From: Hyphomicrobiales bacterium
GTDB lineage: Bacteria > Pseudomonadota > Alphaproteobacteria > Rhizobiales > Beijerinckiaceae
Length of the DNA stretch: 30,697 nt
Direction: 5' to 3'
NCBI GenBank assembly: GCA_031401875.1
Contig: JANNRX010000208.1
Location: forward strand, 1 to 30,697
The first letter of the stretch is position 1; each line of letters begins with the position of its first letter. The position numbers were made by a program, and so were the translations under genes. This document shows, in pieces, positions 1 to 9,577 of this stretch. A model generated the notes under the pieces. It searched no databases. It was not told the DNA's origin and worked only from the letters and a program-made list of their open reading frames with translations.

Positions 1-605
1 CGATTGCGGCGCGTCATTGTCCAGCGCTGGCCGGGTTCGTGAAAGGCCCAGGCATGGGCCGTGGTATCCGCAAGACGCACCAGAAGCTTCAGTGCCGCAT
101 CTCGCCAGGGAAATGTGCCAACAAGAAAGAGCGCGCCGATGAGGCGATGGCCTCTTTTCAAAGGCAGGATTACGCCATGCAACGGCAGCGGCTGGCCTTC
201 TTCCGTTATGGCAAAAGGGCCGATCAGGGCTTGGGCCTCTTCTGGAATCTCTTCAATGATATCCAGTTTCGCTGCGACCATCTTTTCATAGGCCGTGACC
301 GCTGGTGCGTGCCCGTCGAACCGTCCTGTATGCGATGTTGCGGCGAGACGAAGCTTGCCCAGCCTGCCTTGCGAAAAAATCAACACACGGCAACCCTGTC
401 CCAGAAACACCGCTTCATTCGCCACCAGAACCTGCAATTCACTGACAGACGAGGTGGCGCGAATCTTTGTCTCCAGCTCAAGCAGCAGGTGCAAGGCTGG
501 CGAGGGCAACGGCCTGGGTTCGGACACCTGCGCTGTCATCCGCGCCCCGCCCGCAAGGCGAATGACGGATGCTTGCTCCTGTGCTGGTTGCAGAGGCTGG
601 ATCAT
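1..605 (-). CDS. N-terminus of a GAF-like-domain protein, probably a HlyD-type periplasmic adaptor; runs off the left window edge
   Basis: Not in the ORF track; translated by hand. ATG at 605 (alternative 539), 6 nt after the MFP stop, and open to position 1: MIQPLQPAQEQASVIRLAGGARMTAQVSEPRPLPSPALHLLLELETKIRATSSVSELQVLVANEAVF...LKLLVRLADTTAHAWAFHEPGQRW. The L-E..IR...S..EL..LVANE and L..LADT.AHAW patterns resemble GAF-containing adaptors of TolC/MFP cassettes. The HlyD part would lie outside the window (inference). Confidence 0.7.
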   Translation of the reverse strand, partial: MIQPLQPAQEQASVIRLAGGARMTAQVSEPRPLPSPALHLLLELETKIRATSSVSELQVLVANEAVFLGQGCRVLIFSQGRLGKLRLAATSHTGRFDGHAPAVTAYEKMVAAKLDIIEEIPEEAQALIGPFAITEEGQPLPLHGVILPLKRGHRLIGALFLVGTFPWRDAALKLLVRLADTTAHAWAFHEPGQRWTMTRRN

Positions 606-611
606 CTGCGC

Positions 612-1418
612 TCAACCTTGGGGAACGGCAAAACGTGCCGTGCCACTCATGCCAGGAAGAACGTGTCCGGTTGCACCCTTCAGGCGTGCAAAGACCTCAA
701 CGGTCTGACTGACGGGATCCACTGCCGCGCCAAGGCGGGTCACGGAAGCCACGGCCTTTGCACCCGTATCATCCAGCGTGAAATCCATCTGCATATCGGC
801 CTTGAGCCAACGCAACCAGCTGGCGGGAACGATGAGGGCAACCTCCAGCTCGCCGTCATTGACAATACGCAGAAGCGGCTGATTGGCCTGTGGCAGCTCA
901 TGCATGTCCACCATGCGTTCGGCGACGCGACCGCCGAACGGCGCTTCAATCCTGCAATGACCGATGCGCAGCGCCAGGCTCTCCGCCTCGGCACTGGCCT
1001 TGGCGAGCCTCGCCTTCGAGATTTCAACCTCGTTGGCGCCGGCTGCACGGTGCTGGCGCAGGGTGAGATTGGTGCGGTGAACGGCTGTGAATTCCGCTTC
1101 GGACGCCCTGACTGCTCTCAGATCCGCCTCGAAGCGGGCGCAATCAAATTCAATCAGCACCGCGCCCTTGCTGAAACTGTCGCCAACACGCAGCGGGAGA
1201 TGCTTCACCTTCGCAGAAAGATCTGCGGCTATCTTGACCTCATGCCAGGGGCGGATGACGCCACGTGCTGAAGGAACGGTAGAAGAATCGGTGGCGGGTC
1301 TGGCCAGGCCTTGCGCCTGAACAGGACCCGCCACCAGTGTGATCAGGGTGAGCGGCCCTGCCACTTGCAGCAGATACTTCTTGAGGTTGAAGCGCGGGAA
1401 CATGGGGGGGGGAATCAT
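612..1418 (-). CDS. Efflux/secretion membrane-fusion protein (RND/HlyD-type periplasmic adaptor)
   Basis: Signal-like N-terminus; lipoyl-hairpin motifs IAADLSAKVKHLPLRVGDSFSKGAVLIEFDC and CRIEAPFGGRV; C-terminal VDPVSQTV...LPGMSG. Start placed at ATG 1418 because GAGGAG (1429-1434) lies 10 nt upstream; the ORF track starts at 1436. Confidence 0.9.
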   Translation of the reverse strand: MIPPPMFPRFNLKKYLLQVAGPLTLITLVAGPVQAQGLARPATDSSTVPSARGVIRPWHEVKIAADLSAKVKHLPLRVGDSFSKGAVLIEFDCARFEADLRAVRASEAEFTAVHRTNLTLRQHRAAGANEVEISKARLAKASAEAESLALRIGHCRIEAPFGGRVAERMVDMHELPQANQPLLRIVNDGELEVALIVPASWLRWLKADMQMDFTLDDTGAKAVASVTRLGAAVDPVSQTVEVFARLKGATGHVLPGMSGTARFAVPQG

Positions 1419-1483
1419 GATCTGGCGGCTCCTCACGGGTGACTCTGCTGCAATTTCGACGGAAAAAGAGAAGGGAGTAGCGG

Positions 1484-3064
1484 CTAGCGGGCCGCCACCT
1501 GAAGCGGCCTGGGTGATCCACGCTCGAACCAGCTCGTCCTGATCTGGGCCGCGAGATCCTTCACGCTGCTTTCAGGAGAAACAAAGCTGGCATAGGGATC
1601 AACGCCGATCGCGGCATAAACACTGGCATAGGCATTCTGCCAGTTCGCATAGGCCAGATCCGACCGCACGGTCGCGATCAGCTGGTTCATCTGCTCGCGC
1701 AACACCGTCTGGTCACTGGTTTTGCCAGCAGCAGCTTCTGCCTTGACCTGCCCGAGCAACTGGCCCTGAACAGCTTCGTAGGAATTGGCAACGCCAAGTT
1801 CCTTGCCGGTGTGATGGAACCGGGCGCGGCTGACATAGACCTGGGTCATGATCGCCATGGTGCCCGCCAATGCCTTCTGATCGAGTACCTTGTCTTGCGA
1901 CTGGATCACCTCGGATTTCTGCGGGTAGCGAATGATGTTGATCAGGTTCCAGCTGGCACGTGCACCCCAGCCGATCCAGCTCGCCTTGGTCAGAAACGAG
2001 TTCTGGTCAACATTGCCGCCAACAAAGGCCTGAATACCCGGAAGCAATTCCACAATGGCCACCTTGGCTTCCGTCTCATTGATCCGCTTCTGCAGGATCA
2101 GGTCGCGGATTTCGGCACGGTTGAGAAGCGCCGTGTTCACCATCTGCGCATTGCTGCCGGGAAGACCGAGGCTCTTTCTGTCACGCTTGGGCTGGACCAG
2201 ATTGAAAGTCGTCCCCGGATCAACATTCATGAGAGACGCAAGCTGAAGCCGGGCATTGGCAAGCTCTGTTTCCATGCGGCGAATTTCACGCTGGAGATCG
2301 ATCACTTCCCGTTCGAAGGTCAGCGCCGCAATGGGGGAGGTTTGGCCTGCGTTTCGCAAGGCTGCATTCGAACGCTGGACCTGGCCGATACGGCTCTCCA
2401 TGCCGGGGATGCGACTGGCCAGTTTTTCGCTGGCGATGGCGCGCCAATAGGCAGTGCGCACATCCTCGATAATGCGATTGGCAACCTTGCGGCGATTTTC
2501 CTCTGCAATCAGCGCCCTGTCCGCCGCCTGGGTGGCCCGCAGATAGGACAGGCCAAAATCGAGAATATTGTAAGAGAGTGTCAGATCACCTGTCAGACTG
2601 TCGCGATCCTGAGACTGTGAGGCTTCCAGAGACTGCCGGCCCGTCAATATCGAACGCGATGAGGATGAAGAGATGGAATCGCGACTGGTGGCTGCGCCGT
2701 TGGCAACGAGGCGGGGCAAAAGGTCGAGACTTGAGAGCTTGCTTTCCTCAATCTTGAGCGTTTCTTCAAAAAGTGCAACTCTCACGTCCAGGTTGTATTT
2801 CAGGGCGCGCGCCATGGCTTCATGCATATCGATACTGCGACCGATGCGCTCCTGCCCCTCTGTCAGACGTCCGGTTTTGTCCGCTACAAAACTGCTGATC
2901 GCATCAGATGTCAGCGGTTCAGGCTTGATGATGCAAGCACTTAACCCGCTGAATATAAACAGAGAGACTCCTGTCATTAACAGTCGCTGGATTGGTTTTC
3001 TTGAGCCATAGCCAATGGCTTCTGGATGAATACATTTAGCCATAGTTTTCTGCTTCCCATACAA
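1484..3064 (-). CDS. TolC-family outer-membrane channel with lipoprotein signal
   Basis: Lipobox LSAC; EAMARALKYNLD motif; two helical repeats typical of outer-membrane efflux proteins; directly upstream of the MFP. Start uncertain (3064, 3043 or 2977). Confidence 0.88.
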   Translation of the reverse strand: MYGKQKTMAKCIHPEAIGYGSRKPIQRLLMTGVSLFIFSGLSACIIKPEPLTSDAISSFVADKTGRLTEGQERIGRSIDMHEAMARALKYNLDVRVALFEETLKIEESKLSSLDLLPRLVANGAATSRDSISSSSSRSILTGRQSLEASQSQDRDSLTGDLTLSYNILDFGLSYLRATQAADRALIAEENRRKVANRIIEDVRTAYWRAIASEKLASRIPGMESRIGQVQRSNAALRNAGQTSPIAALTFEREVIDLQREIRRMETELANARLQLASLMNVDPGTTFNLVQPKRDRKSLGLPGSNAQMVNTALLNRAEIRDLILQKRINETEAKVAIVELLPGIQAFVGGNVDQNSFLTKASWIGWGARASWNLINIIRYPQKSEVIQSQDKVLDQKALAGTMAIMTQVYVSRARFHHTGKELGVANSYEAVQGQLLGQVKAEAAAGKTSDQTVLREQMNQLIATVRSDLAYANWQNAYASVYAAIGVDPYASFVSPESSVKDLAAQIRTSWFERGSPRPLQVAAR

Positions 3065-3466
3065 GTTTGCGAATCACGGTAATTTCATGTGAATCACATC
3101 GCTTTCTTAAATTCAACTATAGGTTGTATAAATTGACAAAAAGTAAACAAACTCGCCTACAATTTCTGAAACCCAAATAAATTGACGCACTTAAGGATTT
3201 TAATGCGGCCAAGGATTTGCCCTGATTGGATTCCGCGAGAATTGGCCGCAATCCGGTCGCGATCTTTCGACCGGCATTGCCGCAGCCCGGAACAGCATCC
3301 ACCAGGGGCCAATGGTCGTTGACCAACCAGGTGCTTGGCCAACGCCTGTGGGACTATAGCCGGGCCATGACCAACAGCGCCTGAACCGACGGCGTGTTTT
3401 CCCAGCTTTGGCTTGCCGTACCCAGTCAGCGACCATTACAAGCGCAGGAATGACAAACGCAAAATT

Positions 3467-4489
3467 ATGCACAGAATGAAAACATCCTTGCCAAAGCTAT
3501 CCTTGCTGCTGTCGCTGGCTGGCCTGGTCATCCTTCTTTCTGTGCTCTCTCTGGGTGTTGGGCCGGTCAAGCTTTCACCCGCCGAAGTGATCGCCAGCCT
3601 CACCCGGCCTGCCGGCGATGCGGCGCGGGTGATCGTGCTGGAAATCCGCCTGCCACGCTTGCTGCTGGCGCTTGGCATTGGCGGAATTCTGGGATTGAGT
3701 GGTGCGGCGATGCAGGGGCTGCTGCGCAATCCGCTTGCAGCTCCATCCCTGTTCGGTGCCCCGCAGACCGCCGCCTTTGCAGCCGTCGCGACCATTTCGC
3801 TTGGCATCAATGATACGCTGTCATGGGGGCTGCCCGTCGCTGCCATTCTTGGCGCCTTCGCTTCTGTCTTTCTGCTGCTTGCTATCGCCGGGCATCGCGC
3901 CAGCCTGCTTTTGCTGATCCTGGCAGGCCTTGCCATCTCGGCACTTGCGGGTGCCGGTACAGCCCTTGCCATGAACCTTGCGCCCAATCCGTTTGCCGCA
4001 CTCGAAATTGCCTTCTGGCTGCTGGGCTCGCTGGAGGATCGCAGCATGCGCCATGTCACCCTGGCTTTGCCATTCATCACTGTCGCTGCTGTCATTCTGA
4101 TGAGTCAGCGCGGGGCCTTCCGGGCTCTGTCGCTTGGCGAGGAGGCGGCGCAATCCCTGGGCATCGCGGTTGATCGCCTGCGGCTTCTGATCATTCTGGG
4201 TGTAGCCCTTGGCGTGGGCGCATCGGTAGCTGTGGCTGGCACCATCAGTTTCATCGGCCTGGTTGCGCCGCATCTGATGCGCCCGCTGGTCAGGCATGAT
4301 CCCGCGCGGCTGCTGCTGCCAAGCGCGCTTTGTGGTGCTGCCCTGCTCACCGCCGCTGATATTGCCGTGCGGATCATTCCCGCGACAACCGACATCAAGG
4401 TGGGTGTCCTGACTGCGATTATCGGCGTGCCGTTCTTCCTGTGGCTGATCATGCGGGAACGACGCTCTCTTGCCGGAGGCATGACATGA
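3467..4489 (+). CDS. btuC: FecCD/BtuC-family ABC permease, probably cobalamin
   Basis: IRLPRLLLA, QGLLRNPLAAP and GTISFIGLVAPHLMR motifs; located in a cob cluster. Start is probably ATG 3467 or 3476 rather than 3413. Confidence 0.88.
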   Translation: MHRMKTSLPKLSLLLSLAGLVILLSVLSLGVGPVKLSPAEVIASLTRPAGDAARVIVLEIRLPRLLLALGIGGILGLSGAAMQGLLRNPLAAPSLFGAPQTAAFAAVATISLGINDTLSWGLPVAAILGAFASVFLLLAIAGHRASLLLLILAGLAISALAGAGTALAMNLAPNPFAALEIAFWLLGSLEDRSMRHVTLALPFITVAAVILMSQRGAFRALSLGEEAAQSLGIAVDRLRLLIILGVALGVGASVAVAGTISFIGLVAPHLMRPLVRHDPARLLLPSALCGAALLTAADIAVRIIPATTDIKVGVLTAIIGVPFFLWLIMRERRSLAGGMT

Positions 4490-5277
4490 CTGCGGCAGAA
4501 GTGCCCGCAAGACTGTCATTGAATACCGTCAGCGTGACGCTTGCGGGCTCCGCGATCGTGCGTTCTGTGACCGCGGACCTCAAACCTGCGCGTCTGGTGG
4601 CTCTGGTCGGGCCAAATGGTGCGGGAAAAACCACCCTGTTGCGCGCACTCGCGGGACTGCTGCCCATGACAGGGCAAACCGTACTCGACACGCACGATCT
4701 GGCGGGGATGAAGCCTGAGGCACGGGCACGCCGGATGAGTTATCTGCCGCAAGGGCATCAGGTGCATTGGCCGATGCGCGCCAGAGATGTCGTGGCGCTT
4801 GGACGGTATCCCCATGGTGGCCGTGACCCTTCGCGCCTGTCGGAGGAGGACAGCCGCATTGTCGCACTGGCCATGCAGCGGACGGAATGCCTCTCGCTCG
4901 CAGATCGCGACGTGCAGACGTTGTCGGGCGGTGAACGCGCCCGCGTCATGATGGCCCGCGTCTTTGCGGTGGAGGCTCCGGTTCTGCTGGCCGACGAGCC
5001 GACAGCCGCGCTTGATCCGCGCCATCAGCTTGCGATCATCGAGGCCCTGCTCGGGGAAGCAGAACGCGGAACGCTGGTGATTGCTGTCACCCATGATCTC
5101 GTGCTGGCTTCGCGCTTTGCCCATGAGGTGCTGGTAATGCATGAGGGCGCGCTTGCCGCATCAGGAGCGCCCGCAGCCGTGTTCACCCCCAGACTGCTAG
5201 CGGATGTCTACGGTGTCCAGGCCGCCACAATCAGCGTCGACGGTCAGCCCGTCATGCTGCCATGGTCGCGCACATGA
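4486..5277 (+). CDS. btuD: ABC transporter ATP-binding protein (BtuD/FepC-like)
   Basis: Walker A GPNGAGKTT, signature LSGGE, Walker B LLADEPT, H-loop VTHDL. ATGA overlap with the permease stop at 4486-4489. Confidence 0.9.
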   Translation: MTAAEVPARLSLNTVSVTLAGSAIVRSVTADLKPARLVALVGPNGAGKTTLLRALAGLLPMTGQTVLDTHDLAGMKPEARARRMSYLPQGHQVHWPMRARDVVALGRYPHGGRDPSRLSEEDSRIVALAMQRTECLSLADRDVQTLSGGERARVMMARVFAVEAPVLLADEPTAALDPRHQLAIIEALLGEAERGTLVIAVTHDLVLASRFAHEVLVMHEGALAASGAPAAVFTPRLLADVYGVQAATISVDGQPVMLPWSRT

Positions 5278-6275
5278 GCGGCTTTCCCCGTAATTTCCTC
5301 CAGCGCGCTTCCAAACCGGACAAGATCACTCTTCGTGGCGGGAAGCCCGATGCGCAGAAGGGTCTCGTCCCAATCGAAGCAGCGGGTCCAGATGCGCCGG
5401 GCCGCAAGCTGGTCGTGAATCCTGCGCGCCCCGGGATGCGCAGCGAGGCGATAAAGACTGGTTCCGCCTTTCAGCGTGAGGCCAGCGCCCGCAAGGGTTG
5501 CATCAAGCGCGGCGGCTTCATCGGCCAGCTGGAGCCGCATGCGATGGGCCCAGTCCCGATCCAGCAGAGCTGTCGTTCCAAGACAAAGCGCGGGGCCTGC
5601 CACAGCCCAGGGTCCGAGCGCCTCCGCGACGCGACGGGCGATGACTTCGCCTGCCAGAAGAAAGCCCAGCCGCAACCCGGCAAGACCATAGAATTTGCCG
5701 AACGATCGCATGATGACCACAGGATAATCCCTGCAAAGCGCAGCAGCACTGACGTCTGGCATGGTATCGATGAAGGATTCATCCAGAATCACAGTGCCGC
5801 CGCGCCGTACAGCCTGCTCGGCAAAACCGCGCAAGAGCGCGTGATCAAAGACATGGCCATCCGGATTGTTCGGATTGACGATGACGAGATGGCGCGCCGC
5901 CGCAGGATAGGGATCATGCAGGCTGCTCTCGATCACCGTCGCGCCGGAACGTCTCCAGGCCAGAGCATGCTCGCTATAGGTCGGCGACACGATGGCGACA
6001 GAGGCCTTACCAAGAACGATGGGCAGCCACTGGATCAGGCTTTGCGTGCCGGGGGCCGCAACAACCTCGACACCAGCAGGAACAGTATAGGCGATACGTG
6101 CAGCCTTGATCAGGGCATCATGGGCGGCGCGGGTGGGAAGCGCCATCCAGACGTGCTCCGGCGTTTCGCGCAACGGATAGGCATGTGGATTGATACCCGT
6201 CGACAGATCAAGCCAGTCGGTATCATTGCCGCCATAGCGGGCCATTGCCGCTGTCAGATCGCCCCCATGCTTCAT
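5244..6275 (-). CDS. cobD: L-threonine-O-3-phosphate decarboxylase (CobD in Salmonella nomenclature, CobC in P. denitrificans)
   Basis: MKHGGDL start, WLDLSTGINP, VNPNNPDG, ILDESFID and PLP lysine in RSFGKFYGLAGLRLG. Alternative start at 6293. Confidence 0.92.
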   Translation of the reverse strand: MKHGGDLTAAMARYGGNDTDWLDLSTGINPHAYPLRETPEHVWMALPTRAAHDALIKAARIAYTVPAGVEVVAAPGTQSLIQWLPIVLGKASVAIVSPTYSEHALAWRRSGATVIESSLHDPYPAAARHLVIVNPNNPDGHVFDHALLRGFAEQAVRRGGTVILDESFIDTMPDVSAAALCRDYPVVIMRSFGKFYGLAGLRLGFLLAGEVIARRVAEALGPWAVAGPALCLGTTALLDRDWAHRMRLQLADEAAALDATLAGAGLTLKGGTSLYRLAAHPGARRIHDQLAARRIWTRCFDWDETLLRIGLPATKSDLVRFGSALEEITGKAAHVRDHGSMTG

Positions 6276-6284
6276 AGACCACGC

Positions 6285-7163
6285 GTGTTTCATCAGCGGT
6301 TCTTTGCACGGATCGGGTTTGTGGCGCTAGCCACGGCACAGGGTTTTGGCTTGATAGCCCCTGCGCGTGCCAATCAGCCGCGCCCACCCATCCGCATCAT
6401 CTCGATCAACATGTGCACGGACCAGTTGCTGCTGGATTTGGCGGAACGCCACCAGATCATCGGCCTGAGCCCTTTCGTCAAGGATGCTGCACGTTCCTGG
6501 GCCGCCGCGAAAGCTGACGATCTGCCGGTGCTTTCCGGCACTGCGGAAGAAATCATGATGCTGCAACCAGACCGGGTACTGGCTGGTCGCTTTACCAAGC
6601 GCGCGACCCGCGACTTCATCCGGGCACGGGGCATTCCGCTCGATGAATTCGATGCAGTCCGCAGCATAGCCCAAAGCAAGGAGCAGATTCTGCGTGTTGC
6701 CGCTCTTGTGGGTGCGCCGGACAAGGGGCTTGCCCGCATTGGTGAACTCGATGCGGCATTGGTACGGTTGAAAACAGCGGCATCCGGTCGGCAGTTGCGT
6801 GTTCTGCCGCTGTCCAGACGCGGTTGGGTTTCCGGTCGTGAGAGCCTGATGAGTGAATTGCTCATCACGGCAGGCCTCATCAATGTTGCGGGTGAGGCGG
6901 GTTTTCGATCTGGCGGCTTCATGAGCCTTGAGGCAATCGTCACGCTGAAGCCGGATGCGGTGCTTGTCTCAAACGAAGATGCACGCGCGGAGGATCAGGG
7001 CCGGGCCATGCTGTTGCACCCCGCCATTCAGGCGCTGTTTCCGCCAGAGCGCCGTATTGTCATGCCGGAATCCCTCACGATCTGCGGAGGGCCGATGCTG
7101 GTGGAAGCCATGGATCGCCTCGTCGATCAGATCAGGAAACTGAAACCGCGCCATGCTGATTAG
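6285..7163 (+). CDS. btuF: Cobalamin/siderophore-type ABC substrate-binding protein (BtuF-like)
   Basis: This is the 3' part of ORF 5262..7163. Signal peptide (M)FHQRFFARIGFVALATAQGFGLIAPARA, then RIISINMCTDQLLLDLA and SLEAIVTLKPD. Start uncertain: ATG 6267, GTG 6285 or GTG 6321. Confidence 0.82.
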   Translation: MFHQRFFARIGFVALATAQGFGLIAPARANQPRPPIRIISINMCTDQLLLDLAERHQIIGLSPFVKDAARSWAAAKADDLPVLSGTAEEIMMLQPDRVLAGRFTKRATRDFIRARGIPLDEFDAVRSIAQSKEQILRVAALVGAPDKGLARIGELDAALVRLKTAASGRQLRVLPLSRRGWVSGRESLMSELLITAGLINVAGEAGFRSGGFMSLEAIVTLKPDAVLVSNEDARAEDQGRAMLLHPAIQALFPPERRIVMPESLTICGGPMLVEAMDRLVDQIRKLKPRHAD

Positions 7164-8142
7164 TCCTGATGCGCTGTTTGTGCTGGCGCTCGCGCTCGCC
7201 ATAGATGCTGTCACCGGAGATCCTGACAGGATCTGGCGGCGCTATCCGCATCCCGTGGTGTGGTTTGGCAAGGCCATCACCTGGCTTGATCTGCGCTGCA
7301 ACCGCGAGACGGCCGGGTTCATGGTCAGGCGAACTGCCGGTATCGTTTCGCTTCTGGGCGTAATCATGGTTTTTGCCGGCAGCGCCTGGCTGATGCAGCG
7401 CGCACTGGCGCTTCTGCCGCTGGGCTGGATGGTGGAAGCGCTGCTGGCCAGCGTACTGCTGGCGCAACGCAGCCTCCATGATCATGTCATCCGGGTTGCC
7501 CGCGCACTTGCAACAGATGGGCTGGAAGGAGGGCGAAAAGCTGTCTCCATGATCGTCGGACGCGATCCGCTCTCACTCGACAGCTCCGGTGTTGCCCGTG
7601 CCGCGATTGAATCAACAGCCGAGAACTTCTCCGACGGTGTGGTCGCGCCCGCCTTCTGGTTCGCTGTCGCCGGGTTGCCGGGGCTTGTCGCTTACAAGGT
7701 GGTCAATACCGCTGATTCCATGATTGGGCACAGGAACGAGCGTCACCATGCTTACGGCTGGGCGGCGGCGCGCCTTGATGATGGGATGAACCTGCTGCCC
7801 GCACGCCTCAGCGGCATTCTGCTGGCGTGCTGCGCGCCGCTGGTCTCTGGCTCTTCCCTCAAGAGCCTGTCGGTGATGGGGCGCGATGCGGGCCTGCACC
7901 GCTCTCCCAATGCCGGTTGGCCTGAAGCCGCGATGGCTGGCGCGCTTGGGCTGGCACTTGCGGGTCCCCGCCGTTACGGCGCAAGTATCGTCGATGACGC
8001 GTTTCTCAACGCAGAGGCTCGCCGCGACGCAAATGCCTCCGATATCATCAAAGCCTTGCGTGTGATGATCGGCGCTTGCGTGGCACTGTTCACGCTGGTT
8101 GTTACGCTTGGCCTCCTGAGCGCGAGCGGGCTATGGCGATGA
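7153..8142 (+). CDS. cbiB: Adenosylcobinamide-phosphate synthase CbiB (CobD in P. denitrificans)
   Basis: GDP...[44 protein letters not shown] and [17 protein letters not shown] motifs. Confidence 0.95.
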   Translation: MLISPDALFVLALALAIDAVTGDPDRIWRRYPHPVVWFGKAITWLDLRCNRETAGFMVRRTAGIVSLLGVIMVFAGSAWLMQRALALLPLGWMVEALLASVLLAQRSLHDHVIRVARALATDGLEGGRKAVSMIVGRDPLSLDSSGVARAAIESTAENFSDGVVAPAFWFAVAGLPGLVAYKVVNTADSMIGHRNERHHAYGWAAARLDDGMNLLPARLSGILLACCAPLVSGSSLKSLSVMGRDAGLHRSPNAGWPEAAMAGALGLALAGPRRYGASIVDDAFLNAEARRDANASDIIKALRVMIGACVALFTLVVTLGLLSASGLWR

Positions 8143-9574
8143 TGCCGTCAACATCGAGATGCTTCTCGCAATGGTCTGCCAGGGCGTTCAGCGTCGCCTC
8201 GATGCCTGCTTCATAAGCGAGTTGGCTGGTGTGGCCGAGTCCTGCGAGAAAAGCCGCACGGAAAGCATCAGAGGCAAACAGGCCGTGCACATAGGTGCCT
8301 TGCACATGGCCATCCGGGCTTGTTGCACCATCGCCAGTGCCTGCGATATCGAGCATGGGGCGCGCGCAATCAGCCCCTTCCGTGCGACCGAGATGGATCT
8401 CGTAGCCACTGACAGTTTCCCCGCTTGCATGATGGCGCGCACTGACAGGTGTCGTGATTTTATCCGCAGTCAGGATGGTTTCGATATCGAGCAGGCCAAG
8501 ACCCGAGGTCGTGCCCGGCGGACCTTCCACGCCATCGGGATCGCTGATCGTGCGGCCTAGCATCTGGTAGCCCCCGCACAGACCAAGCACATGGCCGCCA
8601 CGCCGGATATGCGCTGCCAGGTCAATATCCCAACCTTGAGCCCGCAGGAAAGCAAGATCGCCGATGGTGGATTTTGAACCGGGCAGGATAACCAGCCGCG
8701 CTTCCGCAGGCAGCGGCTTACCCGGCAGCACCAGCCGCAGATCGACGTTGGGCTCTTGCGCCAGCGGATCAAGATCATCAAAATTGGCAATGCGGGCAAG
8801 GATGGGAGCCGCGATCACGAGACGTCCAGCATGGGAGCAGCGTCGCTCCAGATCCAGCGCATCTTCCGCTGGCAGCTTGTGCGCATCCCTGAACCACGGC
8901 GCGACACCCAGAGACGGCCAGCCGGTGCGCTCTGCAATCTCGACCAGACCCTGATCAAACAATGCGACATCACCACGAAACTTGTTGATGAGAAAGGCCT
9001 TGATGATTGCCCGCTCGTCAGGCTCCAGCACGGCATGGGTGCCAACCACACTGGCAATCACCCCGCCACGATCGATATCACCAATCAGCACGACGGGTAC
9101 TTCCGCAGCCAGGGCAAAGCCCATGTTGGCGATGTCTCCCAATCGCAGATTGATTTCCGCCGGACTACCAGCACCCTCGACCAGAATGATCTCGGCCCGG
9201 CGTTCAAGTCGCGTAAAACTGTCGAGTACGGCTGGCAGCAATGTGGCCTTGCGCTGGCTGTATTCGATGGCCTTCAGGGTTCCGAAGCGCTTGCCCTGCA
9301 CGATCACCTGCGCACCTGTTTCCGATTCCGGCTTGAGCAGGACCGGGTTCATATGGACCGATGGACTGACGCCAGCGGCGCGTGCCTGCAAAGCCTGTGC
9401 CCGGCCGATCTCACCACCATCAGGCGTTGCGGCTGCATTGTTCGACATGTTCTGCGGCTTGAACGGAAGCACCTTCAATCCGCGCCGCTGCAGCGCCCGG
9501 CATAGACCTGCAACAAGGGTGGACTTTCCCACATTGGAGCCAGTCCCCATGAACATGATCGCGGGCGTGCGCAT
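8102..9574 (-). CDS. cobQ: Cobyric acid synthase
   Basis: [30 protein letters not shown], glutaminase GLCGGYQML and GTYVHGLF. Confidence 0.96.
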   Translation of the reverse strand: MRTPAIMFMGTGSNVGKSTLVAGLCRALQRRGLKVLPFKPQNMSNNAAATPDGGEIGRAQALQARAAGVSPSVHMNPVLLKPESETGAQVIVQGKRFGTLKAIEYSQRKATLLPAVLDSFTRLERRAEIILVEGAGSPAEINLRLGDIANMGFALAAEVPVVLIGDIDRGGVIASVVGTHAVLEPDERAIIKAFLINKFRGDVALFDQGLVEIAERTGWPSLGVAPWFRDAHKLPAEDALDLERRCSHAGRLVIAAPILARIANFDDLDPLAQEPNVDLRLVLPGKPLPAEARLVILPGSKSTIGDLAFLRAQGWDIDLAAHIRRGGHVLGLCGGYQMLGRTISDPDGVEGPPGTTSGLGLLDIETILTADKITTPVSARHHASGETVSGYEIHLGRTEGADCARPMLDIAGTGDGATSPDGHVQGTYVHGLFASDAFRAAFLAGLGHTSQLAYEAGIEATLNALADHCEKHLDVDGIIAIARSRSGGQA

Positions 9575-9577
9575 GGA

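Noticed and set aside
39-1271. 410-aa plus-strand ORF
   Set aside because: Antisense shadow of the MFP and GAF-like genes; no recognisable motifs; typical of GC-rich DNA.
3200-3466. Second B12 riboswitch upstream of btuC
   Set aside because: None of the conserved blocks (GGGAA, GCAACTGT, AGCCAGGAGAC) was found on the plus strand. Only short hairpins such as CCGGTCG/CGACCGG are present.
5262-6266. Apparent 633-aa protein (long N-terminal extension of btuF)
   Set aside because: The first ~335 codons are the antisense frame of cobD. A signal peptide near 6285 marks the real start.
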